From NCBI RefSeq assembly GCF_006345805.1, contig NC_043016.1, forward strand, positions 29,636,001 to 29,700,000: a stretch of 64,000 bases of DNA, in the 5' to 3' direction. The position numbers and the translations under genes are program-made. The stretch's first letter is position 1, and each line of letters begins with the position of its first letter. A model generated the notes under the pieces. It searched no databases. It was not told the origin of the DNA and saw only the letters and a list, made by a program, of their open reading frames with translations. Positions 23,606 to 36,928 of this stretch are shown piece after piece. Origin of the DNA: Octopus sinensis. Taxonomy: Eukaryota.

Positions 23606-23703
23606 TCGAAAAATACCTTAGGAATGAGAAGGCTGGAGGGTATATCAGCCGAAACGTTGTGTTAACAACAAGATGAGGGCAAATATCTGTCGAATGTAAA
23701 TAA
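23453..23703 (+). mobile_element. tRNA-headed retroposon with an inverted duplicate of its head, inserted in a family-2 SINE
   Basis: A box TGGCGTAGTGG, B box GAGTTCGATTCC, (AAT)n, then GGCTG-GAGGGTATAT-CAGCC-GAAACGTT. Inverted repeat at 23453-23538. The host SINE resumes at about 23704. Confidence 0.65.
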
Positions 23704-25369
23704 AGCATTTCATCTGTCTTTATGTTCTGAGTTCAAATTCCACTAGGGTCAACTTAATGTTTCATCCCTTTTAGGTACTTAAATAAGTACCAGTTTATCA
23801 CTGGGGTTGATGTAATCAATTTAGCTGTTTCCCAGAAATTGCTGGCTTTGTGTCAAAATTTGAAACCAATATGTTGTAGTTAAGATGGCAATCTGGCAGA
23901 ACTATTTGCAAGCTGGGCACAAAAACTTAACAGCATTTTACCCATCTTAACATTCTGAATGCTATTTGCTTGACACCGTGGTGCTTATATATATATATAT
24001 GCCAGCATGGAAAACAAAATCTAATGGATGATGATGATTATATATATATATTTATATGCCAGCAAGGAAAATGAATGTTAAAGAATGATGGTGATATATA
24101 TATGTGTGTGTGTTTGTGTGTGTGTGTGTGTGCTACGTATATCATTTATCCTATTCCATTAAATTAACAAGGTAGGCATACCCCTCACGTAAAAACTGGC
24201 TTCATCAAATTAAATATCCTAAACCACTTCAATTCAAAATGTCGTCAAATAAAGTGAGAACTCCTAACAATTTCAGAATCAAATGTTTATCATAAGAACC
24301 TGTAGAAAAAAACGAAAAAAAAGTTCTGCAGTAAACACTACAAGTAAATGTTAGCATCCAACATTTAAACTTACGAACACATATAAACCACATATTCAAA
24401 CACTCAATCAATTTTAAGAATGCAATCAGCTTTCTTCACTGTATAATGAATATCAATGTGATTTTGACACCTACGGGTGGGATTATTTCTATTAGTGTCA
24501 AACAGTCTTAGAGACATGCAATTTGATGGTTCCTGGGAGTATACAAAGCTAATAGTTTTTGCAGGATCATAATTACAAACTTAACCACATGTAATGCGAT
24601 TACATTGTAACGCAAAATTCAGTTAAATAAATTAGAAAATCAATAATTGCCTAAGACAATCAACAATTATATATAATGTCATTTCATTTATAGTAAATTA
24701 TCAAATTAATGAAACACAAATAAAATTTTTAGAACTGGAAAATAAAATCTGTTGGAAATAATATAAACAAAGTGTTTAATAATAATTTTATGCAGATTAA
24801 CTATTGTTTAAATTCTGCTAATTGGTCAACAACAGAATGCTTTAATTCTTAGGTAATGCTGGATATTCTTGTAGTTACATGTTGCTTAGTGGTTAAGAAG
24901 TTTGCCTCCATACCACATGGTTTCAGGTTCAGTCCTACTTGATGGGTTCCTTGGACAAGTCTTTTCTCTGATTAAGACTGGACTGATCAAAACTTTGTTG
25001 GTAGATTTGGTAGATGGAAACTGAAAGTAGACCATCAGATGTGCGTGCATATGTGTATGTGTGTGTGTGTATGCGCGCGTGTGCATGTGCATGTGTGTAT
25101 CACCTTATCCTGACCTTGCATGATAATTGTAAAGGAGTGTCACCACCATACATGCAGTGTCACTAATTTTCATTATTCTGTGAAAACATACTCAGCCATG
25201 GGAAATTATTACTTGGAAACAGATGAGGGTTGGAGACACACACACACACACATGCAGAGAAAGAGAGACACATATTGATTGTACATATTAACAGTGACTA
25301 GAAGGCAATCTCCATTTTTCTCTTGAAATATTGTCTGTAGAGGAATCCTGGATATGCCATTAATATATC

Positions 25370-26316
25370 AACCCTCTTATGACTGTATGTCTGTAGAAAT
25401 ACACATCTTTTGTTTAAAATAATTTTTTTAAATAATGAAGAATTTAGTAAAATAATTCTGTTGTTTTTAAGCTGGCATTTGTAACATAAGTTAATATGGA
25501 ATTTAATAGAAGATCACTTTAATTGTTAGATTACTTTAAAGCAGGAGATTTAAGTCATAGAGCCAACAGTGTTTTCGGGCAGATTTGTATCAGAAGAGTT
25601 AAAACAAAGTATTTAACCTTTTATCATTCAAATTACTCTGTCAAATATAATGGTTATTTATTTATCCACTCTTTGAATTAATCATACACTATCCCATAGC
25701 TTTGAGATTTCAATGAAGTGATTGTTTACTTTTAGAATAATATTGCAGGGGAAGTGTGAGAGGCCAGATCTAGTCAGTTTGAAGATAAAGCAGGTAGAAT
25801 ATTTTGGTTGGATATGGCTGGCTTAACCCTTTAGCATTCAAGATTCCTCTGTGAAATGTAATGCTTATTTACTCGCTTTGTTTTGAATTTTTCACACATT
25901 ACTTTGTAGCTTTGAGATTTCAATGACACAATTGTTTACTTCTGGAATAACATTGTAGAGTAAGTGTTTGAAGATAAAACAGGTCAATTTTTTGGCCGGA
26001 TATGGCCAATTTAAATGCTCTTGGGTTAATGTTTATATTTTGCCTATAAAATATTGAAGTATTTGGGTAGATTAGAATGAATAAGTCAAAAGTAAAAATC
26101 GCTTTTTATTCATTAACTTTTTGTTACTATATTTCTGATGACATATAATGCTTTTGTTTCAATTAAATTTTAAAATGGAGAATTTGGTAATATAACTCTC
26201 ATTATTGAGCTGATAACTGGAATAAATTAACGTATAATTCTAATAGATTATAATTTAGACCACTTTAAGACAGTAAGTTTGTGTCATCGAACCTGGGGTG
26301 GTCTCAAAAGAGTTAA
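25370..26316. mobile_element. Second cluster of piggyBac-like MITEs (two families, four copies)
   Basis: TTAA junctions at 25613, 25823, 26026, 26113 and 26313; internal sequences match 13553-14259, 23150-23380 and 27168-27381. Confidence 0.7.
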
Positions 26317-27167
26317 TCCTTTCTACTGAGGTTCAACACCTGAAATTTTTTAGAGGTGGATACTAGTCAATTTACATCAACTTCAGTGTTCAACTGATAG
26401 TTATTTCATTGATTCTAAGAGAATGACAGGCAGAGCTGACCTCAGCAGAATTTGAACTTAGAATGTAAAAATGGATGAAATGCCGCTAAGCATTTTGTCT
26501 GGCATGCTAATGATTTTGTCACCTCACCACCTTTATTATATTCATTTAATATAAGCTATACATAAACAAGGTGACAGAAATATTGATATGCAAGAGGCCT
26601 TACAGTATATACTTTGTTCCTTCAGGTTCTCAGTTCAAATTTTAATGAAGTCAACTTGGGGCCTTCCATGCTTCATGGTTAATATTTCAGTGTTTTTTCT
26701 AAGTTCCATCCTTTTGACCATGTTCATGCTGGGGGAGATTTGTTTAGATAATATCATTAACTCCAGATCATACCTATGTTTGTAAATGCTTCAGCTGTGA
26801 CCATCCTGTGTTCTCAGACATCCTCCTTCACTGTATTCTTTTTAAAGATTATAGAATGTAATTTGAAAGATTTAGCATATATCATGAGAGACTTCCTCTT
26901 TAGTTTCCTACTGATTGAATCCGTCACTGTAGTATATTGGAGTGGATTCAGGTGAGTTCAAATTCCGCCGAGGTCGACTTTGCCTTTCATCCTTTCGGGG
27001 TCGATAAATTAAGTACCAGTTACGCACTGGGGTCGATGTAATCGACATAATACCTATGTCTGTCCTTGTTTGTCCCCTCTATGTTTAGCCCCTTGTGGGT
27101 AGTAAAGAAATATGTATTTCTTTCCAAATATATAAAAAAAATTTACCTTGTGTCATGTCAAAGATAA

Positions 27168-27381
27168 TTAACCCTTTAGCATTCAGATTACTCTGACAAA
27201 TGTAATGCTTATTTATTCACATCGTCTTCAATTAATTAGGTATTATCTCATAGCTTCAAAATTTTAGTTACATAATTGTTTATTTTTAGAATGATGTAGG
27301 ATATATGCAAGGGGTTAGATCTGGCTGGTTTGAACATAAAACAAGGGCTTGGCATAGCTGGTTTAAACACTAAAGGATTAA
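27168..27381. mobile_element. piggyBac-like MITE (TTAACCCTTTAGCATT family)
   Basis: TTAA at 27168-27171 and 27378-27381; ends CCCTTTAGCATT / CACTAAAGGA. Another copy at 55114-55335. Confidence 0.8.
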
Positions 27382-28957
27382 TATAAGAATTGTAGATTCT
27401 TTAAACCTACAGATTCCTTCAACCCCTCTTTCACCATCCTTTCTCCACAGCCTTCCTTATTTCTTGGATACTTTCTTTCTTTGCATCACACACTGCTCTT
27501 CCCCTCCTCCTTTATCTCCGATACCCTCCGACCACTCTTTCCCCATTATTACTCTCATAGCACTTGCCCACTTCCCCTCAACCCTCTATCATTTTCTCTC
27601 ACTGCCTTCTCATACCTTTCTGCATTCCTCTGCACCTTCTTGTTTTTACTCCTTCTCCTCCTCCTCCTCCTCTGGCCTATTTCCATGATCCACCTCACCT
27701 CTCTTTCCTTTGATGGCTCTCACATGATTCATCTCTACCCTGTCTATTGCTCCCTTCCTATCCCTTTACCCCATGTCTTCCATCCATGCTTGCCTTTATG
27801 ACGTAAGATAACCTTAGGTCTTTCACTACATAACCTACCCTAACACCTTTCCTCTCTGTCCTCATCTTTTCTTAACAACCCTTTTCACTGACTCCTTTTT
27901 CCCATGTTTTAAGCCACATGCTCTCCTCCACTTCACGCCTAGTCTACTACTCTATTACTCTCTCTGCTACCACTCTATCGCAATAACTCTGCTCCTCTCA
28001 TCTTACTTACTCTCTCTTATCACCCTGCCTAGACATTACACCCTCTCCTCTGTCTCCCTTAGGGGTCACTCTAGGTCTTGCAAATCACAAGGCACTATTC
28101 ACTAATGAAGAAAAAAGAAAAGAAGAGAAAAAAACGTGCATTCTGTACACTCTGCATAGTTTCTGATGTCAAGATGGACATCCAGCCTTAGAAACCATGC
28201 ATGATGCAGCCCCCAATTCATAAGATCTTTCAACCTATACCAGCATGGGAAACAAGCATCAAATGATGATGATGATAGTGGTATGTAGTTTTGCAACTAG
28301 TTATCCACACTAGCAAGGATATTATCATTATTGGAATATTTGGCCATTTGTGTCTTGGAGCAATTGTTTTTATAAAGAAATCTGTTATTTTTCTTTAATG
28401 TCAACCATTCGGATGTGACGCTGAAATGGAGCCTGTCTGTTGAGCCAGGGTTAGTGACAATAGCACAGGTAATTTTGTGGTAAAATTTGAACTTAAGACT
28501 TTGTGGTTCACTACCTTAATAATCCTAGTGTAACAACAAGCATCATCATTGTCATCATCATTTAATGTCCATGTTCCAGGCTGACATGGGTTGGGTGGTT
28601 TGACAGGGTACATTGAAATCAAGGACTGTATCATACTCCAGTGTCTGCTTTGGTATGGTTTCTATGGCCAGATGCCCTTCCTAATACCAAACACTTTACA
28701 GCATGTACTGTGTAGCTTTTACCATGGTACCAGCACTAGTGAGGTTGGCATGAAATGTGCAAGACTACAAACCCTGACTGGGGAGGCAGGAGCTTTATAT
28801 ACTTGGAAGATAAGGTGTAGAGCACTATTGAATTTTGTTTTTTCAAATTTACTGAAGAATTTTCCAAATTTTTTTTTTCAATGACTTAATAGTGATGATA
28901 CAATTTCATATACTTCTTTTTATTTTCACTTTTCTTGATGTATTTTTTTACTCACAG

Positions 28958-29041
28958 GAGATGCCTGGGACCGTGCCAAACGGTTGAAAGATAAAATGTC
29001 AACTAACCTTGTTATGGCCAAAGACCGCCTGGAAGTTCTGG
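28958..29041 (+). CDS. SPAST: Spastin exon (end of MIT): (G)[27 protein letters not shown]
   Basis: TTTTTTACTCACAG acceptor, CTGG|GTAAGT donor, 84 nt, phase 1-1. Resembles vertebrate [27 protein letters not shown]. Confidence 0.96.
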
Positions 29042-29606
29042 GTAAGTTGTCACAATTTTTCTTGATGTAGAAAATTATTTTCATGTCATCATAAATTAAG
29101 AAAATCAAAAGCTTATTAATTACAAAAAAAATTAATTATAATGCATTTTGAAGTGAGTTATTAAATGTACAGGCATTTTGTTGTTAAGATGGCAAACTGG
29201 CAGGATCGTTAGCACACTGGAAAAAATGCTCAGCAGCATTTCTTCTGGGTTTTACATTCTGGGTTCAAATTCCTCCGAGGTTGACTTTACTTATCATCTT
29301 TTTGGGATCAATAAAGTAAGTGCCAGTTGAACACTGGAGTTGATGAGCTCCTCCCACCAAATTTCAGACCTTGTGCCTAAAGTGAAAAGGATTGAGTTGG
29401 CAGAATTGTTAGTATGTTAGGCAAAATGCTTAGCAGCATTTCATCTGTCTTTGTGTTCTGAGTTCAAATTCTGCCAGGGTCTACTTTGCCTTTCATCCCT
29501 TTGGAGTTGATTAAATAAGTACCAGTTGAACATTGGGGTTGATGTAATTGATCTACCCCTCCCCAAAATTTCTGGCCTTGTGCCAAAATTTGAAACCATT
29601 ATTATT

Positions 29607-30855
29607 TTCTGATTGATTTGCATTTTAGTTCATCTTCTGACCTGACCTCAACCAATGGCCTAAGGCATTAGATAGAGAAAAGCTACCTGAGAATGTGGGT
29701 GGTTGATGTCAACACACTTTTTTGTGTCGCATAGATTGTTGGTTTCCCAGAGATCTGGTCAAAAAACTTGTCAGTACCTTTCTTGAACATTCCAGGGCAC
29801 CTATAATAACAGGGATGGGTTTGGTTTTTAATTGCCACACCCTAGATATCTCAATCTCAAAGTCCTTACATTTCGATAGTTTTTCAAATTCCTTTGCTGG
29901 ATATTTCTATCAGGCATGTTTTTTGTCTTAGGTCTTTGATGATGATATGTGGTCTGTTATCATTTATTTTCCTGTCTGTATGTCTCATAATCCCATAGGA
30001 TGGTAACATTCTCTCCCTCAGTGACTGGCTCTGGATGGTGTTCATACCTGTTCTTAGTGTATGGGATATCATAGTGACAGCACATTCCCCAGTGCTAGCA
30101 TTGGCCAACTCAATCATCCCCGGTTTATATTCTGTAGGAGCAAGGACTGAGTAACTGGCAACAATGTGGACAATACTCTTAAGTTTGTCATTGCAGAGTC
30201 TACACGTTTGTGTCTACCTCATTGTGTGTGATATTAGCTTGATAGTTTTTAGGTGAGGAGACTCTGATCTTGTGCTGCCAGAATAAATCCTTCTGTTTCA
30301 ACTTCCAAACCAACACTCTGCAGTCACTGATGGGTTCTTCTCATATCTACACCAGCTTCTCCAGCTCATTTAGGTTTTTCTTGCCACAGTCTTGATATTT
30401 CCTTCAGGCTTTTGTTTTACACTATTTTGCTCCCTTAGTGGGTGCTATGTCCTTATCGTCATCATAATCAAGGAGGTTAAGCTCTTGCCTGTATTTAGAT
30501 GCCTCTTTCGAGATTGAATGTAGTTTCTTACTCTTTTCATGTTACTTTACTGGCTCTATCATCCAGTCAGTGTTACTTTGGATGTACACTTGGAGTTCTA
30601 TTGTGGTCGTTTTGTAGGATGTTTTAAGCTAGATTAAGCCTTTCCTGCCTTCCTTTCGTGGGAGATAGAATCTGTGGACAGATGATTTTGGGTGGTGTAT
30701 CCTGTTTAGTGTCAACAGTTTCCTGATCTTTATGTCCATATGCTGGAGATCATTCAGATTCCAGTTGATGACATTAAGTCTATAGACAACTGGTACCACC
30801 AGGGAGTGCAATTCTATCCTGAGAGTTCAGCTCATATATTTAGGACCATCCTGAC
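29607..30855 (-). mobile_element. R4/Dong-clade non-LTR retrotransposon, 5'-truncated 3' portion (RLE type)
   Basis: DIKIRKLLTLNRIHHPKSSVHRFYLPRKEGRKGL; CRLC..IVHIVAS zinc knuckle; DNRPHIIIKD..CLIEIS restriction-like endonuclease; EKLSKCKDFEIEISRVW..PVIIGAL..QKSVLTSTTHILR. (AAT)n lies at both ends on the minus strand. Confidence 0.85.
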
Positions 30856-31082
30856 ATTATTATTATTATTATTTTCTACTCTAGGCACAAGGCCCTAAAT
30901 TTTGGGGAAGGGGTCCAGTCGATTAGATCAACCCCAATACACAACTGGTACTTAATTTATCAACCCTGAAAGGATGAAAGGCAAAGTCAAACTTGGCAGA
31001 ATTTGAACTCAGAATGTAAAGACAGACAAAATGCCGCTAAGCATTTTGCCCGGTGTGCTAACATTTCTGCCAGCTCTCTACC

Positions 31083-31123
<41 letters not shown>

Positions 31124-31340
31124 TTACTTCTCAGAGCTCTCGATCTCACTTTTCCTAGGTAATTTTGTGAGAGCAGACCGCATCCTGTTGTCAAAGATCT
31201 CACAGGGTCTCTCAGGGTCTTATTTCACAAATTATAAGACTTGGTACCTAGATGTTAAGTATTATGGAAGATACTTAACACCCAAGTATCAATTTCAAAA
31301 TCCTTGTTGTCCCCAATAGAGCAGTTTTGGGGGATAGCTC
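31124..31340 (-). mobile_element. Second R4-like 3' end (C-terminus, 3' UTR and (TAA)n tail)
   Basis: Minus-strand PKTALLGTTRILKLILGC* (stop at 31275-31277), then ~150 nt and (AAT)n at 31083-31123. Confidence 0.65.
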
Positions 31341-32983
31341 TTCTGTTGCTGTTGTTGCTGATTTTGGCATAAGGCCAACAATTTTGAGGGAGTGGGTTAG
31401 TTGATGCCATTGATCCTAGTACTTGACTGATTTTTTTTTTATCAACTTTTATCAACTCAAATGTTTGAGTTCTGAACCCTTTTAGAATGCATCAAATTAG
31501 TGTAGGCCTTTCAGTACCACTCCGATATAACAAAGAAATCTTGTAGAAGTTTGAAGAGCTCTGCCCAACTATTGGCTCTTTCTTTGAGGATAAAGTTTGT
31601 TACTAACTCCATGGCTGTTTCAGTTCTGTATCTAATGTAGATATGGATAAACAATTGAACTGTGCACTTATACATCGTTGGTTCAAAATTACTGTTAATG
31701 TTTTGTTATTTCTCGACAGAACACTATATTCTACATTGCTGCAGTTTACTTGGCTGTCAGTATGAATAGAGACTTGAACCAGAAAACCAAACAATACTAG
31801 ATAACATGGGAATGCTACCCGAAAAACGATCTATCACTCATCTAGGGAATTATTTAGCATGTATCAATTTCACATTTTGAAATCAGAGCCAAATACTGAC
31901 TTATAAAAGACTTTTAGGTCATCAGAGGTATTTATGTTTGTATATAATGGTACAGCATTGTTGTTAATATGCCAGCGAGTAGAGACATATTACAATGCAA
32001 TATATGGCAGTATGACATTAATCTTTATGCTATGTGTCTCTGTCTTGGGAAATATTTTTGTCAATTTTTCCTGTTATGTCAAACCAAGCTTGTTTGCTGT
32101 TGTCTAACTTATTTAATATTAGCATGTTAACATCTGGTTCTTTTAGAGAAGGTCCTTAGTACCTGATATACTCTTTTAATTCGTTTGGTACCAATCCAAC
32201 TGAAACCACACCTGGTTTTATGACACAAACTTTACATTTTAAATGAATCTAAAATAATAAAAAAAAATCTTCCATCAAAATTTTAATTCATGTTCCAGTC
32301 ACTAACTTCATGACAGAGTTTAGCAAATTCCTCATTAATTTCAAAATTAATTGAAACAAAAGCAGTATATTTTAAAAGAAATATGGTAACAGAAATGGTA
32401 ATGTTATAATTCTTTAATGTTACAATGCTTATACTTATATAATATTAATCGCACTCATGGAATTCTCTATGGTTCTCAGTTACATTTCACTTAAATTCTA
32501 TGTTCTTAATGTTGTAATATTAAAAATATTTATTTTAATTTTTGATATTTATTAACCACCCTCCCCGCCAAAAAATAAAAACGAAAAAAAAGAAAAAGAG
32601 GAGAAAAGATAGTTGAAATATGTTAAGATTCCTTTCATATTTTGTATCGCACTATCCCCACCTCCTTCACCAACAAAATACCATGCTGAGTTACAGCACC
32701 ATCAGCACCCGTACCACCACTTCTTTTGCTTCTTCATCACCGCTACCTTTGTCACCACCACCACTACCACCATCATCATCATCTTCCATCACCACACCAT
32801 CATCATCTTTGGGTAGAGCCTGCGATGATTTTTATCAATATTGTCACACCCATTACTGTGTCTGGTACTTTTAAGTCTATGGTTGGTCTTGCGAGAGGAG
32901 GAGAAGGGCAAACTTGATCTTGGTGCCAAAGGATGTAAGTCAAGCAGCAGTTGTTCTGTGCACTGGTTTTGTTTGACCATTCC

Positions 32984-33016
<33 letters not shown>

Positions 33017-34769
33017 ATGATGGGTTTACACACAGCCTTTATTATTTACCAAACTTCAATTATCCAAAATGCCACACAGAACCCTGTGTTTGCAAAATGT
33101 ATTTATCAACCATGAATCCATGCTCCCCACTCTACAATATCAATTTGATTTTGATAGAAAAGATAAACAGACCCACTAAAACTAAAGAGAGCTAATTAGT
33201 TTATAATATCTAATATCACATAAAATAAATGTTAATTAATTGTTTGATTCATCACAAACATCAAACAATAGCAGGGTGGTCTTTTACTTTGTCCGTATCA
33301 CCTACCTGGGTAGATTATCTTGTGAAGATAAAATAAACATTTAATTAGAATAATATGTAGTATCTTATTTAGAATAGAATGTTGTGTAAGCAGTAAAGCA
33401 ATCACATGGCAGGCTATAAATTTGTGATTTAAGCCCTATCTTTTAGTCTATTGATCATTATTGCCCCAGATTCATGTTTATAACATGTTGTTTAACATTT
33501 TTATTAGTATCACTAGCTTAAAAGCCACGCACCATGCGGATTTTTAAGCTAGCTCCTGCGGAGGGCTAATTAGACCTGCAGCCCAGAACTAAAGAGAGCT
33601 AATAAGCATGACTATAATACGTCTATAATGACTAGTGGTACATCTATGTGCCCTGGTGGTGTTTGATCAGAAGTTAAAAGATGGATGAGAATTAATTCTG
33701 TAATGCAATCATTCTATTGTGCCAGTCTCAAGTAAAATTCCAACTGTTGGCCAATTTGTTCCAAAGTTCTTTTCTTGACATGAAATTAACAAAGTGAATA
33801 TCATTTGTCTCTCTTTTGATCTCTGACATCATCTGACAAATGCCAACCAAGATAGCATGAATCAGCCATGCTTTACCTGCTAGAAATAGCAACCCAAATG
33901 CTTTTAAATCAGATCCCAATACTGGATGTTCAGAACCAAATGAAAGGCAGATTTTCAATCCTGGGATCATCCTGATTCCCAAAAAAGTATAATATGCCTT
34001 TGTAGAGCAAATGTAGACTGAGATACAGGGGTCCCAGACACAGAATTTCGCTTTTATTATCATAGATGATGAAAAAATTGGATAACTGGTGGAATCGTTA
34101 TCACACCAGACAAAATACTTTGCTGCATTTTTTACCAGCTCTATGTTCCGAGCTGGAATTTTCCCAAGGTTTTCTTTGTTGTTTATCCTTTAAGGAACAA
34201 TAAAATAAGTACCAATTAAATGCTGAGGTTGATGTAATTGGCCATCACCCCCCACCCCTCACACAAATTTTGAAGTTACAAGATAATGCAGGATCAATTC
34301 AAAACAATGTGAATATATAAACGTTACATTTGATAGAGTAATCTGAATGCTAAAGAGCTAATGTATATATTTCATTGGCCTAGATATATTACATCAATAT
34401 ACAATTTTATGGCTTACACAATCTTACTACATCATTACACAATCTGTTTCAATGGCTATGGGTCTCTCGACTATATTCATGTGGTAATGAAATAGAAACA
34501 TCAGAAAACTATTGGTAATATAAAGTGCAAGTAACTGTCATTAAAAAGTTATTTATGACTGAAAAGTAAGTCTGTTATCTTAATAATTCTATATTTAATC
34601 CAAACATTAATCTGATGTTCTAGTCTTCAGTTGATATTAGTTTACTGTTTACTCGAAAACATGTCCAGTTACCCCTGACTTTAAAGTGCTACTGTGTCTT
34701 ATCTGCTAAGAGGACAACCTTACCAATACTACCAACGCATCAAGCCTGCACATAGCTGCTCCACTGATT

Positions 34770-35030
34770 AGGATAAGGATAAAGATCCTTTCTGAGTCAT
34801 CTAGCCTCATAGGGCTGGTTTCCTAGTTTTCAAGGTATATAAAATCCCCCACCTGGACAGGATGACAGTCCCTCACAGGATTACTCACTTTTGCCTGCTG
34901 AGTGGACTGGATTAACATGAAATGAAGTGTTTTGCTCAAGAACACAACATGCCGCTTGGTTCAGGAATTGAAACCACAATCTTATGATTATGAGTTCAAC
35001 ATCCTAATCATTAAGCCAAATGCTTCCACA
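34770..35030 (-). mobile_element. Further tRNA-derived SINE family (GGAAGC..TGGCTTAATGATTAGG head)
   Basis: A box and GGTTTCAATTCC B box, then GTGTTCTTGAGCAAAACACTT. Related plus-strand head at 39668-39770. Confidence 0.65.
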
Positions 35031-36242
35031 TCATCTTAGCTATTAAACAGTATTTTCACAGTTAATAAACAGTATCACCTTAACTAAGAAAACAGTGTTC
35101 TTTTACTTGTTTCAGTCATTTGACTGTAGCCGTGTGGGTGCACTGCCTTTAGTCAAAGAAATCAACCCTAGGACTTATTCTTTGGAAGCCTAGTACTTAT
35201 TCTATTGGTCTCTTTTTACCAGACCGCTAAGTTACAGGGACATAAATACACCAACATTGGTTATCAAACACAGATATACAAACACACACACACACATATA
35301 TATCATCATCATCATTTAACATCTCTTTTTCATGCTGGCATGGGTTGGACGGATATATATATACATATATATATATATACATGTGATGGGCTTCTTTCAG
35401 TTTGCATCTACCAAATCTTTTCACAAAGCTTTGGTTGGCCCAAGGCTATAGCAGAAGATACTTGCACAAGGTGCCACCCAGTGGAACTGAACCCTGAACC
35501 ATGTGGTTGGGAAGCAAGCTTCTTACCACACAGCCATGCCTGTGCCTAGCTAGTATTGTCATAGCTAATTGTCACAGTTAATAAACAATATCATCATAGC
35601 TAATAAACAGTATTTTCATAGTTAATAAATAGTATCACCACCGATTAGAAACTGATTGAATCTCGTTTAAATTACTTCTTTAAAAAGGACACATTATACA
35701 ATGTATAAAAGAAGAGGTGGTTATGACTAGAATACCTGTGCTCATTGGTTTGTTTGATGAGAGCTGACTGGAAACTTAACAAGAAGAAGGAAAATAAAGT
35801 GGTCTGCTAATTGATTTTTCTTCTAAAGAATTATTCAGATAGGAAGTTTATCAAGGCATTATTTATCATAGGCTGGCAAGCAGGAGTACCTTAGGATATG
35901 AAACTTATCAAGACATTAATTAATCAGGTCTACCCTGGATCCCTATTTATCCCCTCTCATACATGCTAACCTCTTTCTATAACAACCCTTTCTATTTTTC
36001 CTTCCTCATCACTTCATCTAACATTTCTATCTCCTGCTAGAATTGTACAATGACTTATAAATTAAAACACTGCATGTAAGTTTAATATGCGTGCACCATG
36101 CATACACATGCACACCCACACACACACATACACACAATTTCTGTCAGAATTTCTAGCCACAACTGTACAGCTGCTCAATCAACTGGAATGCAGGGTTCAT
36201 TCAGTTAATATATAGGTGGCTGAATATTCCACAGACATTTGC

Positions 36243-36375
36243 ATGGCGACGGATCTGGCTCCTTTCATGGAATGGAAGCTTTCATCCATTTCTTAGGATT
36301 GACTGACCTGTGCGTGACTGCTGTTGTCATGGAACCCTTCTCCACTTCAGTCTTTAAAGGTCTCATTCAACATAT
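36243..36375 (-). pseudogene. Decayed 28S (LSU) rRNA fragment
   Basis: Plus strand CTTAGGATTGACTGACC..ACTGCTGTT..CATGGAACCCTTCTCCACTTC is the reverse complement of the conserved eukaryotic LSU stretch GAAGTGGAGAAGGGTTCCATG..AACAGCAGT..GGTCAGTCGGTCC (from memory). The 21-nt match at 36328-36348 appears exact; the 5' boundary is uncertain. Confidence 0.8.
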
Positions 36376-36891
36376 GTACCTTTAATGTATGTGACACAGT
36401 CTGTGACAAGACTATACCTGTTGAATTGCAGGTACCAATCCACCTACCTAAAAGCTTCCAGATAGTTTCACAAGGTATGGATTGATACATGGCTATAGAA
36501 ATGACATATAGCATAGGTATGGCTGTGTGGTAAGAAGTTCACTTCCCAAATATATGGATCCAGGTTCAGTCCCATTATGTAGCATCCTCGACAAGTGTCA
36601 TCTACTAAAGCCTCAGGCTGACCAAAGCCTTGTTAGTGGATTTGGTAGATGGAAACTGAAAGAAACCTGTCGTGTGTGTGTGTGTGTCTTCATGTATGTG
36701 TTTGTTCTCCTCCACTATTTGACAACAAGTGTTGGTGTGGTTATGACCCCCATAACTTAGCAGTTCAACAAAAGGGACTGATAGAATAAGTACCAGGCTT
36801 TACAAAAAAAAATAAGCACCAGGTTCAGTTCAGCTAGAATTCTTCAAAGTGGCACCTCAACATGGCCACAGTCTAATGACTGAAACAAGTA

Positions 36892-36928
<37 letters not shown>

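Noticed and set aside
27400-28080. Long pyrimidine-rich tract as possible LINE remnant or exon
   Set aside because: Low complexity, with no interpretable reading frame on either strand.
33728-34063. 111-aa minus-strand ORF
   Set aside because: No recognisable motif or splice context; may be an old TE remnant, but I cannot support a call.
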